Source: an uncultured Syntrophaceae bacterium (GTDB taxonomy: Bacteria; Desulfobacterota; Syntrophia; Syntrophales; UBA6807). Taken from it: DNA of 64,000 nt. Shown piece by piece: positions 28,680-38,520 of the stretch. Numbering within the stretch: the stretch's first letter is position 1; each line of letters opens with the position of its first letter. The stretch is from NCBI GenBank assembly GCA_964523565.1, contig CAZGAK010000006.1, positions 4,589 to 68,588 on the forward strand, read 5' to 3'. Under the pieces are notes generated by a model, which saw only the letters and a list, made by a program, of their open reading frames with translations, searched no databases and was not told where the DNA came from. The position numbers and the translations under genes were made by a program.

Positions 28680-29669
28680 ATGGGAAAAGACTCGATAAAA
28701 CGGGCGAAGGAAGTCCTGAAAATAGAAGCGGAAAGTATCTTAAGCCTCGTTGACAAAGTTGATGACAATTTTTCCAGAGCTATCGACATGATATGCAAAT
28801 CAAAGGGACGGGTTATTGTCACAGGAATAGGCAAATCCGGCCTTGTCGGGAAGAAAATCGTTGCCACCCTGACCAGCACGGGCACACCTGCCCTCTTCCT
28901 GCACCCCGTAGAGGGGTTGCATGGTGATCTCGGTATCGTCACAAAGAATGATGTTATGCTGGCAATCTCCAACAGTGGTGAAACGGATGAATTAAACATG
29001 ATCATTTCGAACACCGAAAAGGTTGGGGCCCCTCTTATCGCATTTACGGGCAATATGAACTCAACCCTTGCCAGATTGAGCAACGTGGTCATCGATGTGG
29101 GTGTTACAAGGGAAGCCTGCCCTTTCGGTCTCACCCCGACATCAAGCTCCACCGCTACATTAGCCATGGGAGATGCACTGGCCGTAGCACTGATAAAGAA
29201 AAAAAATTTTACAGAGAAGAATTTCTTTAAATTTCACCCGGGAGGACATCTGGGACTGAGACTGATGGCAAAAGTCAGAGATGTCCTGATTACTGGTGAT
29301 CAAATCCCCAAAGTTTCCCCCGGGTCCCCGGCATTGGATGCCATCAAGATAATTGACGAAAAAAACGTCGGCTTTGTTCTCGTTACTGATCGGGAAAATC
29401 ACCTGATAGGCATACTAACGGATGGCGATATAAGACGTTTTGTTAAATTGGGGTTAAATTTCAAAGAGAAAATTGTCGATGAATTGATGACAAAATCCCC
29501 CATGACTATCAGTCCGGACAAATCCCTCGCCGATACAATAGAAACCATGCAGAAGAAAGAGATCACCACACTGGCTGTTGTAAATGAGAAAGGCCAGCTT
29601 GATGGATATGTTCATTTGCATGATATTCTCGGAAGAGGAGGAACGATAAAAATTTCGGTTCCTGTCTGA
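28680..29669 (+). CDS. kdsD: Arabinose-5-phosphate isomerase (KpsF/GutQ; SIS + 2 CBS domains)
   Basis: GIGKSG, HGDLG, SNSGET, PTSS, FHPGG and TDGDIRR. Confidence 0.92.
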   Translation: MGKDSIKRAKEVLKIEAESILSLVDKVDDNFSRAIDMICKSKGRVIVTGIGKSGLVGKKIVATLTSTGTPALFLHPVEGLHGDLGIVTKNDVMLAISNSGETDELNMIISNTEKVGAPLIAFTGNMNSTLARLSNVVIDVGVTREACPFGLTPTSSSTATLAMGDALAVALIKKKNFTEKNFFKFHPGGHLGLRLMAKVRDVLITGDQIPKVSPGSPALDAIKIIDEKNVGFVLVTDRENHLIGILTDGDIRRFVKLGLNFKEKIVDELMTKSPMTISPDKSLADTIETMQKKEITTLAVVNEKGQLDGYVHLHDILGRGGTIKISVPV

Positions 29670-29683
29670 TTAGGAGGGATTTG

Positions 29684-30211
29684 ATGCCAATCTACGAGTT
29701 TGATGGAAAGAAGCCCGGGATTTCCCCGAAAAGCTTTGTCCATCCTGAAGCCGTTCTCATAGGCGATGTGACCATCGGCAACCGATGCTATATAGCGCCA
29801 GGTGTCGTAATAAGGGCGGATTGTGGACCGATTATCATTCACGATGATACAAGCATTCAGGACAACACAGTAATCCATGTCAATCCGGGCGCAAAGGTTA
29901 TTGTTGAAAGGGAAGTTCTCGTAGGACACAGTGTTGTCTTACATGACGTTCATATCAAGTCGAGATGCGTCATAGGAATGGGGGCAGTTTTATTATTCGG
30001 GGTGGTCTGTGAGGAGGGTGTTTTTATCGGCGCCGGATCAGTTGTTCCGAACGGCATGCATATTCCCGCCGGAAAACTTGCAGTCGGAATGCCCGCAAAA
30101 ATAATCAAGGATGTAACTCCCGAACAAAAATCGTATGCCAGATTCGGAGTTGAGGATTATTTAAGACTCACTGAAGAATATCTAAAGGGGATGAAGCTGG
30201 TTTCCCGATGA
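29684..30211 (+). CDS. Gamma-carbonic-anhydrase family hexapeptide-repeat protein
   Basis: LIGDV, IRAD, SIQDNTVIH and VGHSVVLH. Confidence 0.88.
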   Translation: MPIYEFDGKKPGISPKSFVHPEAVLIGDVTIGNRCYIAPGVVIRADCGPIIIHDDTSIQDNTVIHVNPGAKVIVEREVLVGHSVVLHDVHIKSRCVIGMGAVLLFGVVCEEGVFIGAGSVVPNGMHIPAGKLAVGMPAKIIKDVTPEQKSYARFGVEDYLRLTEEYLKGMKLVSR

Positions 30212-30222
30212 AAATATCATAA

Positions 30223-30924
30223 TCACGAATCGCTGGCCTTCAACCCACCCTTTTTGTTCCAGTATTGATCCTCTTTTTCATATTCCTCTATCATTTTTCG
30301 CTCGACGTAAAGTCTGTTTTTCTCAAATTCTCCGGAATCCATATCTTCAGGAAGAAACTCAAGAGAACCAAAACGAATGACAACCCTGCTGAACGGCTTG
30401 GGAACCATGAACCTGTCCCAGCTGTTAAATATCCATGGTTTTTCATAAAGAACAAAGGTGGGGCAAAGTGCGGCTCCCGACTGCTGCGCCAGGGATATAA
30501 GACCAGGTTTTATAACATGGGGCGGCCCCGTCGGGCCGTCTACAATATGGCCGGCAAGTTGAGTCTTAATAACTTCATCAACCATTCCCCTCAAAGCCTT
30601 CTTGCCTCCCCGGGAACTTGATCCGCGCACCGGTATCCAGCCGACTTTCTTAGCAACATCGGCAATAAAATCTCCGTCTTTACTCTGAGAAATCATAATA
30701 CAAATCGGCATGCCAAGTATTTTGGGGAGATAAAACCCTCCAAAAAACCTCTGGTGCCAGGAGGCTAATATGACCCGCCCGTTGTTTTCCAGGTGGTTTC
30801 TGATTTCCTCCTCGTTTTCAAAGCTCAGTCTCATTGTTTTTGCATACAAATTTAGAATATGGTACGCAGGAAAGGTCAATAAATACTTAACAATAAAATA
30901 CTTTGTTTCTTTTTTTAGATTCAT
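30223..30924 (-). CDS. DUF374 / lysophospholipid acyltransferase family protein
   Basis: WHQR, ISQSKDG, RGSSSRGG, DGPTGP and SWDRFMVPKPF. Confidence 0.88.
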   Translation of the reverse strand: MNLKKETKYFIVKYLLTFPAYHILNLYAKTMRLSFENEEEIRNHLENNGRVILASWHQRFFGGFYLPKILGMPICIMISQSKDGDFIADVAKKVGWIPVRGSSSRGGKKALRGMVDEVIKTQLAGHIVDGPTGPPHVIKPGLISLAQQSGAALCPTFVLYEKPWIFNSWDRFMVPKPFSRVVIRFGSLEFLPEDMDSGEFEKNRLYVERKMIEEYEKEDQYWNKKGGLKASDS

Positions 30925-30958
30925 TTTGATCCGGATATTTTTTTGTATTTAAAATATC

Positions 30959-30990
30959 AAAGGGGTTGGGTCGCAAAGACCCAACCCCCT
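30959..30990 (-). terminator. Hairpin terminator after tRNA-Val
   Basis: GGGGTTGGGTC/GACCCAACCCC perfect 11-bp stem. Confidence 0.7.
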
Positions 30991-30999
30991 AATTCCCAA

Positions 31000-31074
31000 T
31001 GGTAGGCGGTACTGGATTTGAACCAGTGACTTCTACCGTGTGAAGGTAGCACTCTCCCACTGAGTTAACCGCCC
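31000..31074 (-). tRNA. tRNA-Val (anticodon CAC)
   Basis: GGGCGGTTAACTCAGTGGGAGAGTGCTACCTTCACACGGTAGAAGTCACTGGTTCAAATCCAGTACCGCCTACCA forms a cloverleaf with encoded CCA. Confidence 0.97.
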
Positions 31075-31397
31075 ATAGTTTCGATTCATATATCTTAAAG
31101 AAATCTCTTTTTCAAGACAAAAAACCGGATGAATCCTAAGCAATATCATACTATCCTGAAAATGATTAAAGATACTCAAGGGATAGTATAAATTATAGTA
31201 TTGACAGAAAACCATTTTTCTTATTATACTTAATTCCACATCGCGCTGATTTCTGAGCGGAATTAATTTAGATATTCTGTTTGCTTGATGTTTCACTTCA
31301 GTAATCCGATCAGCCGCACTTGATAAGACTTCTCAACGGTTCATCTTCCTTCTTCTGAACACTTTCTGATAACTAAAGAAAGGAGAACTAAGACACT

Positions 31398-31634
31398 ATG
31401 AAAAAATTTGAATACCAGATAACCATTCATCCTGTGGAAACCTTCAAGCAGGTGGCCTTTTTCTGTACCCAGGAAGGAGAATGCAGTCTGGAGGAACTTC
31501 CCTCCGACCAAGTTAAAGTTCTCCAGACACTATTGAATGAAAGGGGGCAACAGGGCTGGGAACTCGTCGATATGTCCTTCGGCAAGGATGGTCTTCTGGC
31601 CATCTGGAAAAGCGAAGTAAAAGTAAACAGTTAA
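31398..31634 (+). CDS. Small DUF4177-like protein
   Basis: FEY...LNERGQQGWELV pattern; AAGGAG RBS; TTGACA...TATACT at 31201-31230. Confidence 0.75.
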   Translation: MKKFEYQITIHPVETFKQVAFFCTQEGECSLEELPSDQVKVLQTLLNERGQQGWELVDMSFGKDGLLAIWKSEVKVNS

Positions 31635-31693
31635 CAATAAAAAGGCGGGGAAGCAAAAATTAATGGAACCTTTATAGCTAACGCACCAGGTCA

Positions 31694-31722
31694 TTGACAC
31701 ACCACCATCTTTATTTTATACT
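31694..31722 (+). promoter_or_regulatory. Sigma70 promoter
   Basis: TTGACA-N17-TATACT, implying a leader of about 145 nt before ATG 31876. Confidence 0.75.
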
Positions 31723-31875
31723 GAAAATGTAAGAAACTAGGAATTGTAAGGCTGTTGCATGATGAAAATATTTTCATAACGAAGATCAGGCAACAGCCTG
31801 GTGGGTTCTTATTCTTCAGAAAGAGGATAAGGGCTCGTTCAATGAATCCTCTACAAAAGAAAGGAGGAAATTAAA

Positions 31876-32169
31876 ATGAAGGCAGTTGTCATTTTTACAG
31901 GAACAGGGCCAATTCTGATTCTAACTTCTTATGAATCCATGACTAATGCTGATTTTGTTGAGAAGCTTGCAACAAAGGGGATTAAAAAATTTATCGCTGT
32001 TGAGCTCCCCATGGAAAAGGTCAAAAAAATATACGGGGAGCGCTTTCTGGTTATCATGGAAGATCTTTATCAAACCGATGACTTACGGGTTCTTGACTAC
32101 AACGGGTACAACATTTTTGCCAACTTTTCCTTTGCAGAACTGGGAGAACCAGTTTATTACGAACCATAA
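31876..32169 (+). CDS. Hypothetical 97-aa cytosolic protein
   Basis: Strong AAGGAGG RBS, its own promoter and terminator, protein-like composition (FTGTGPILILTSY...DLRVLDYNG). Confidence 0.85.
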   Translation: MKAVVIFTGTGPILILTSYESMTNADFVEKLATKGIKKFIAVELPMEKVKKIYGERFLVIMEDLYQTDDLRVLDYNGYNIFANFSFAELGEPVYYEP

Positions 32170-32202
32170 ATAAAGAAGCGTTTGTTAGCTTCGGAAAGAC
32201 GT

Positions 32203-32242
32203 AAAAAAAAGCAGGCTCATATTTTCAGGCCTGCTTTTTTCT
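32203..32242. terminator. Bidirectional intrinsic terminator
   Basis: A8-GCAGGC...GCCTGC-T6 between convergent genes. Confidence 0.8.
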
Positions 32243-32258
32243 GTTCAGGAAAACTCGT

Positions 32259-32714
32259 TTATTTTTTGTCGATTTTTCTGATCTGCCATAACAGGTGAAC
32301 CAGGCAGCATATTTCCCCATGTTCATCTTTGATCTCGAGATCCGCGACCATATCAACCTTCCCTTTCTCCTCAGCAGCTTTCTGTGCATTCTCAACCTGT
32401 TCGGGAGTCAGCTCTATCTCGACAATCATATCGGTCGTAGCAGGACGTCTGTAACGAATTGCAGACTCTTTCAGTAAAGGGAAGTATTTCTTATGATCAA
32501 AGGAAGTGAAAAAGAGTACGCCTGCTGAAAAATCGGCAAGAGAAAAAAGTGATCCCGCATACACTGTACCGAAATGGTTAATATTAGGTTCCTTGGGCAA
32601 CTTCAGTTTTGTATAACGATCCCTGAAGTCAACAATCTTGATTCCCATTTTCTCGATTATCTTTATAACCTGTTCGAGATAGTTCACAAGATCTTTATGT
32701 TTGTCTTCGATCAT
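32259..32714 (-). CDS. Hotdog-fold thioesterase (PaaI/YiiD-like)
   Basis: NINHFGTVYAGSLFSLAD motif. Confidence 0.85.
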   Translation of the reverse strand: MIEDKHKDLVNYLEQVIKIIEKMGIKIVDFRDRYTKLKLPKEPNINHFGTVYAGSLFSLADFSAGVLFFTSFDHKKYFPLLKESAIRYRRPATTDMIVEIELTPEQVENAQKAAEEKGKVDMVADLEIKDEHGEICCLVHLLWQIRKIDKK

Positions 32715-32736
32715 AGCCTTCTCCCTTTGCAAAAAA

Positions 32737-34404
32737 TTAATGAGTGTTTTCTAATTTTTTCTTTATATCCTCTCTCAACTCTTTTTTGATAATCTTACCC
32801 ACAGGGTTCCTCGGAATCGCATCTATAATCTCTAAACGTTCCGGAAGCTTGTAGGATGCTATGCCCTGATCTTTCATGAATGAAGTTAGCTCTTCCAGTT
32901 CTACATTTTCTCCTTCTCTGGGAACCACATAAACGCAAGTCTTTTCATCCATGATCTCATCAGGATAACCAACAGCCGCTACGTCAGCTATTTTGGGATA
33001 ACCGAGCAACATATTCTCTATCTCCTGGGCGCTTATGTTGAAACCGCCACGAATGATGATGTCTTTAGTTCTGTCAAAGAATCCAATGCAGTCTCCCTCT
33101 TTTATCTGGAAGAGATCACCCGTATTAAAGTAACCATCTTTATCAAATGATTTCTCCGTAACATCGGGAATTCTAAAGTAGCACGGTATGACATTAGGTC
33201 CCCGATACCACAATTGACCCACACTGCCGACTTCCGTTAACTCCTCTCCCGTAGCGGGATCCACTATCTTTGTCTGAAAAAATTGCGCTGCAGGCGTACG
33301 CCATTCGGTCCCCGGTTTCCCCCATTGAGGAAAATTATAGATACGTTTTTCCGCATCGGGAACATCAAAAGGACCTGAAACTATACCTGTCGATTCATTC
33401 TGGCCCCATATATTTCCAAATTCGATGCCCCAGCGTCTTTTCAATTCCTGAACGGACCAGAGGGAGGGAGGAGCACTGCCAATAGTGATCATTCTTATGT
33501 TGCTCAGGTCAAATTCGTCTACCCTGGGATGCTTCAGCAACATATTGACAACTGCCGGAACAAGAAGAGTGTAGGTAATTTTCTCCTTTATAAATTGTTC
33601 GATCAGCTGCGGCGGGTTGAAGGGATGATGCAAGACCATCTTGTTGCCCAATAGCAACCAGGGGATGTATATTGTCCCGATAGAGGCCATATTCACCAGT
33701 GGTCCGGCCGTGATAAAATTGTCCTTGTGACTCATTCCCGTTGAATCCATTTGCATATTAGCCATGATAACCCAGCTGTTATGACTTATGGGACATCCCT
33801 TCGGTTGGGCCTCCGTGCCGGATGACCAGCATAGCGTGAAGACATCATTGGCATCTAAAGGAATGCTATCCAGCTTGCCGGTTACATCCCCCTTGGACAT
33901 CTCTCTAATCTCCGGCAGGGTAAGGATATGCTTTAAATCCGGAAGCTTTGGCTGAAGTTTTGCCCCCATCTCCCTGTGTTTGAAACCGTGAAATTCTTCG
34001 ACGGTGATAAATGCCCTGGCTTCTGTCAATCCGGCGACATACTCGAATTCAGATGCCCTCCACTGCATCGGCATGGGAGATATAAGACCTCCCGCCCTGG
34101 TAATTGCCAGATAAAGCATGGCCAGCTCCCAGCAGTTGGGTATTTGCACTATAATGATATCATCCTTTTGAATGCCCATTTTGAGGAGCCCCTCCGCGGT
34201 GGCATCAACCGCCCTGTCAAACTCCCTGTATGTCGGTCTTTCCGGCTTGAAACCCACCAGATCTTCCTTATCGTAAGGATCTACGACACACACCTCATCT
34301 GGATATTTACTGACATTGTCCTTAAAATAATCGATTAGTGTCTTCGTTCCCCACGCCCCTTTTTCCGTCCATTCCTGAATCATTTGCTCAGACGCTAAAA
34401 TCAT
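32737..34404 (-). CDS. Acyl-CoA ligase (AMP-binding superfamily)
   Basis: WSSGTEAQPKG, WGQNE, TGD, RTKDIIIRGG and PRNPVGK. Confidence 0.9.
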   Translation of the reverse strand: MILASEQMIQEWTEKGAWGTKTLIDYFKDNVSKYPDEVCVVDPYDKEDLVGFKPERPTYREFDRAVDATAEGLLKMGIQKDDIIIVQIPNCWELAMLYLAITRAGGLISPMPMQWRASEFEYVAGLTEARAFITVEEFHGFKHREMGAKLQPKLPDLKHILTLPEIREMSKGDVTGKLDSIPLDANDVFTLCWSSGTEAQPKGCPISHNSWVIMANMQMDSTGMSHKDNFITAGPLVNMASIGTIYIPWLLLGNKMVLHHPFNPPQLIEQFIKEKITYTLLVPAVVNMLLKHPRVDEFDLSNIRMITIGSAPPSLWSVQELKRRWGIEFGNIWGQNESTGIVSGPFDVPDAEKRIYNFPQWGKPGTEWRTPAAQFFQTKIVDPATGEELTEVGSVGQLWYRGPNVIPCYFRIPDVTEKSFDKDGYFNTGDLFQIKEGDCIGFFDRTKDIIIRGGFNISAQEIENMLLGYPKIADVAAVGYPDEIMDEKTCVYVVPREGENVELEELTSFMKDQGIASYKLPERLEIIDAIPRNPVGKIIKKELREDIKKKLENTH

Positions 34405-34440
34405 TTTTTTCTCCTCCTTTTTTGATTGCCTTGGGTTAAA

Positions 34441-36441
34441 TCAGTAAAAATTCTTCCCGAAGAGCTTCTGGCTCAGACCGATCAGGTCTGCCCATTTCAA
34501 CGGACCTCCCTTGTCGGGAGGAAATCCGGTACCCCATATCATTCCCACATCGATCATCCGCGGATCATCTACGATTTGCCTGTCAAGAAGATCTCTCCCT
34601 ACTTCTACCAATGCTGTCAGGAGACCGGTTTGAATTTCTTCTTCTGTCTTTTCCTTCGGTTCCCTCTTGGCAATAAGCGGGATGACTTCAGGATCAACAC
34701 TGCCGTCTTTCAAGAAGAATCCCTTGCCCGATTTTTTCAGACCGAGACGACCATCTTCCACTACATTCTTGAGCGTTTTCTGTTCGACACCCATGCCGAC
34801 GAATATCTTATGCGGCACATCTATTCCCACCTCATCGGTAAGCCTGATCGGTCCCACGGGCATGCCAAACTTTGTAATGGCCCCGTCCACCTTTTCTATT
34901 GCGTTTCCTTCTTCCACATATTGAAGGGCATTCAGAAGAAACGGGAAGAGCATCGCGTTTACTACAAAGCCCGGATTGTCCTTGCATACAATGGGTCTTT
35001 TCCTGATTGAGGCGGCAAAATTCAGGAGATTATCAACGGTATCCTGACTTGTTTTTTCACCCCTTATGACTTCCACAAGCTGCATCAACCGCACGGGAGA
35101 GAAGAAATGGGTGCCGCCAAACCTCCCGGGATGAGACACATATGAAGACATGGCGGTAATCGGAATGGAAGAAGTATTGCTCGCAATGATACAGTCGTCA
35201 CTTACAACTTCACAGAGTTCCTTATAAACCTGTTCTTTTACTTTGATGTCTTCAAAAACTGCTTCAATGACAATATCCACATCTTTGAAGTCGTCCTTAT
35301 ATTCAGAAGTAACAGTAAGGAGATTCATCAGATCATCCACGGGAACCTTCAATCTCTTCTTTTCGGCCATACCATCGAATATCTTTCTCAGGAATGCCTT
35401 CCCCGGTTCGAGGGCTTCCGGTATATCCTTGACGATGACCGGCACCCGCATGTTTCTCAGTATATCAATAACAATGCCGCGTCCCATTGTTCCAAAACCG
35501 AGAACAGCCGCCTTCTTCAGCGGTCTGGTCTCAAATCCCTTCGTCATCATTGCTTTAGGTTTGTCTGTCATTGTTTTAATAAAAAATGTATTTATACTCC
35601 CTTTTGCCTCATTTGTAAGGATAACCTCGGCAAAACACTTCTTTTCTATTTCCAAACCCTCTTCTAACGGAAGTTTTAACCCCTCCTGGATAGATTTAAT
35701 GGCCAGCATGGGACCAGGCAGTTCACGTCCTTTCGTAACCTTGAGAACACCCTGGCGTGCCATCTCGGCGGCAGCATCAATCTGAGAAAAATCATGTTCC
35801 GGTCTCTTCAATTGCACCGTTCCCGATATTATTTCCTGAAGAAACAATTTGGCCTCTTCGAGAAGATCGCCGTCGGCAGAAACAATTCTATCAACAAAAC
35901 CGGCCTTGCAAGCCTCGGCCGCGGGCAGTAGTTTACCTCTCAGGATAAGCTCAATGGCGGGATATCCGATCAGGCGTGGCAACCTTTGAGAACCTCCCCC
36001 CCCGGGGAAGAGCCCCACGTTGCATTCTGGAAGACCGATAATGGTCGTCTTTGACTCCTTTGCTATTCTTGCCGTGCAGGCAAGGACAAATTCCAGGCCA
36101 CCACCGACACAGTGACCATTTATGGCCGCCAGAGTGGGAATCTTCAACGCACTGGTTCTGTTAAAAGAATCGTGAAAGACTTCAAGCGCCGTTCTTATTT
36201 CTTCCTCTGACTTCATTTTCTCCAACATTTTCAGGTCAGCACCGGCAAAAAAGTTGTCCCGTTTTCCCGAAATGAAGATTACGCCCTTTAGACTTTCATC
36301 TTTCTCAAGGTTCTCAAGAACTTCACGAAATCCTGTTATTGCTTCTTCAGTCCATGTATTCATGGCATCGCCGACAACATCAAAGGTCACAACACCTATG
36401 TCGTCTTCCACCTCTAAATTGAAAATCTTATTACTGGCCAT
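34441..36441 (-). CDS. Fatty-acid oxidation complex alpha subunit (enoyl-CoA hydratase + 3-hydroxyacyl-CoA dehydrogenase; FadB/FadJ-like)
   Basis: FFAGADL, GGGLE, GLPE, GFGTMG, EAVFED, ASNTSS, HFFSP and PGFVVN. Confidence 0.92.
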   Translation of the reverse strand: MASNKIFNLEVEDDIGVVTFDVVGDAMNTWTEEAITGFREVLENLEKDESLKGVIFISGKRDNFFAGADLKMLEKMKSEEEIRTALEVFHDSFNRTSALKIPTLAAINGHCVGGGLEFVLACTARIAKESKTTIIGLPECNVGLFPGGGGSQRLPRLIGYPAIELILRGKLLPAAEACKAGFVDRIVSADGDLLEEAKLFLQEIISGTVQLKRPEHDFSQIDAAAEMARQGVLKVTKGRELPGPMLAIKSIQEGLKLPLEEGLEIEKKCFAEVILTNEAKGSINTFFIKTMTDKPKAMMTKGFETRPLKKAAVLGFGTMGRGIVIDILRNMRVPVIVKDIPEALEPGKAFLRKIFDGMAEKKRLKVPVDDLMNLLTVTSEYKDDFKDVDIVIEAVFEDIKVKEQVYKELCEVVSDDCIIASNTSSIPITAMSSYVSHPGRFGGTHFFSPVRLMQLVEVIRGEKTSQDTVDNLLNFAASIRKRPIVCKDNPGFVVNAMLFPFLLNALQYVEEGNAIEKVDGAITKFGMPVGPIRLTDEVGIDVPHKIFVGMGVEQKTLKNVVEDGRLGLKKSGKGFFLKDGSVDPEVIPLIAKREPKEKTEEEIQTGLLTALVEVGRDLLDRQIVDDPRMIDVGMIWGTGFPPDKGGPLKWADLIGLSQKLFGKNFY

Positions 36442-36686
36442 ACTTATCTCCTTTTCCATAATTATAGAGATGTTATGCGTTTAAAATCCTGACAATTTCA
36501 ATTAGGACACAGCTTTTCGCAGATGTACTCAGATCACTTTTTCAGGAATCCTGACAATCTGCCTGCCTTTTTAAATGCGGAGCATATTTAACCTGGACAT
36601 TTATCCGCGGTCGATTAAAAATAGAATAAATCTTGAGAAGCCGCCCCGCCGCCACGGCAGGGCGCTTTCTCACCAGACTTACTTTA

Positions 36687-38342
36687 TTACATATAAACAT
36701 CCTTATACTGTTCTCTGAGTACCTTTTTGTCGATCTTGCCAACACTGGTCCTGGCAATTTCATCAACAAACAGTACCTCATCAGGAAGCTGCCACTTCGC
36801 ATATTTCTCACCGAGATGTTCATGAATATCCTCTTTGCCAACTTTCCCCTTCTGTTCTTCTCTCAGGACTACCAGGGCTAACGGTCTCTCCTCCCACTTG
36901 GGATGGCTCACTCCGATAACGGCAGCTTCCAGTACGGCAGGATGGGCGACTATCTCATTTTCCATATCTGTGCCTGAAATCCATTCACCGCCGCTCTTTA
37001 TTAGGTCTTTTACCCTGTCCGTTATCTTCATGTACCCCTCTTCATCTATCGTCCCGGCATCTCCGCTCCTCCAGTAGCCATCTTCAGTAAATTGATTCTC
37101 AGTACCTGTGGCATTGTAATATTTGGCTGTAATCCATGGCCCCCTTATTGCTACCTCTCCCGCGGATTTGCCATCGTGCGGAAGGTCATTGCCGAAGTCA
37201 TCCACCACCTTCATATCAAGCCCCACAACAGCATAACCCTGTTTTCTCTTGAGATCCCACCCTTCTTCCTCCGACATCTCTTCCGCCAGCCACGGTTTCA
37301 ATCTGTTTATGGTAACAAGCGGGGTGGTTTCCGTAGCGCCGTATGCATGTATAATCTCGGCGCCGGTCATGTCATACAATCCTTTCATCAGGGATACAGG
37401 AGGCTCAGTGGCACCGGAGAGAAAACGCGCGCCCTTCAAATCAGGCTTAACTTCCATCTTTTTTATGTACTCAAACATGGGCATGAAAATAGCAGGGGCG
37501 CCGTCTCCGACTGTCACTTTTTCCTGCACCATCAGATCAACAAGCGGGCCCAGATCTTCCATGGCATACCGTCCGGGTAACAAAAGCTTTGATCCAACCA
37601 TGGTAGCCGCCTGGGGAGTACCCCATCCCATGGCATGAAACATCGGAACGATCTGGAAAAAACAATCCCTGTAAGACAACTCCGCATTCATAGCGATTGC
37701 CGCGGAATGAAGATAAACATTACGATGGGAGTAATAAACGCCCTTCGGATCTCCAGTTGTTCCAGTGGTGTAACAGGCGGCATAGGCGGATTTTTCATCA
37801 AGGTTCAGCCACTCGTACTCAGGTTTCGCCTCCTTGAGCAGTTCTTCGTAACTGTATATCGGGCTCAGCTTCGTTTTGATATCAGCAAGATCCCTGTCAG
37901 TCAGGATGACGTAACCTTTAACCGTTTCACATAGAGGCGCGATGGCTTCAGCAATAGGTATCAATGTTTCATCCACAAAGATAAATTTTGCTTCCGCATG
38001 ATTGACAACATAGCTCAAATCTTTAGGTGATAACCTCAAATTCATCTGGAGAAGGACAGCCCCCGTGCCCGGAATCCCAAAGTCCATTTCATAGTATCTG
38101 TTTGTGTTCCATTCAAGCACCCCGACACGATCACCAATCTCTACCCCCAAACTATCTAAAGCATTGGCAAGTCTTTGTATTCTTTCATAGGCATCCCTGT
38201 ATGTGTACCGGAATATTCCACTCGCCTTCTTTGTGACAATTTCCTGCCTGGCAAAATTTCTCGCGCCATGTTTTATAAGATTAATCATGTTTAACTGGTA
38301 ATCATCCTGCATCGTTGATGGAAATCCTTTTACAATTTTCAT
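36687..38342 (-). CDS. Medium/long-chain fatty-acid--CoA ligase (AlkK/DmdB-like)
   Basis: YTTGTTGDPKG, VPMFHAMGWG, KSGGEWIS and HPKWEERP. Confidence 0.92.
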   Translation of the reverse strand: MKIVKGFPSTMQDDYQLNMINLIKHGARNFARQEIVTKKASGIFRYTYRDAYERIQRLANALDSLGVEIGDRVGVLEWNTNRYYEMDFGIPGTGAVLLQMNLRLSPKDLSYVVNHAEAKFIFVDETLIPIAEAIAPLCETVKGYVILTDRDLADIKTKLSPIYSYEELLKEAKPEYEWLNLDEKSAYAACYTTGTTGDPKGVYYSHRNVYLHSAAIAMNAELSYRDCFFQIVPMFHAMGWGTPQAATMVGSKLLLPGRYAMEDLGPLVDLMVQEKVTVGDGAPAIFMPMFEYIKKMEVKPDLKGARFLSGATEPPVSLMKGLYDMTGAEIIHAYGATETTPLVTINRLKPWLAEEMSEEEGWDLKRKQGYAVVGLDMKVVDDFGNDLPHDGKSAGEVAIRGPWITAKYYNATGTENQFTEDGYWRSGDAGTIDEEGYMKITDRVKDLIKSGGEWISGTDMENEIVAHPAVLEAAVIGVSHPKWEERPLALVVLREEQKGKVGKEDIHEHLGEKYAKWQLPDEVLFVDEIARTSVGKIDKKVLREQYKDVYM

Positions 38343-38398
38343 GATTTTTCCTCCTTTTTTGTCTGATCTTAACTCGTATGAGCTCCCCATAAAATGCA

Positions 38399-38451
38399 TT
38401 CGTAAAAGTCGCAAGAGTTGCCTTGCCCTGCCTTTCCTTAACTTTTACGAA
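38399..38451. mobile_element. Minimal MITE remnant (CGTAAAAGT family)
   Basis: TTCGTAAAAGT ... ACTTTTACGAA perfect 11-bp inverted repeat. Confidence 0.6.
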
Positions 38452-38520
38452 ATTGCCATCCCCAAATAACCTCCTTTCTGAATTATTATTAGCGCCCTCT
38501 TACGTCTTCCAAATTATTTC

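Noticed and set aside
31000-31074. tRNA-Val as the integration site of the catabolic region
   Set aside because: The catabolic genes lie on the 5' side of the tRNA, I saw no duplicated tRNA 3' end, and there is no integrase in the window.
31033-31352. Minus-strand ORF, extendable through an in-frame TGA (MNR*EVLSS...)
   Set aside because: It overlaps tRNA-Val and divergent promoters and shows no protein motif or SECIS.
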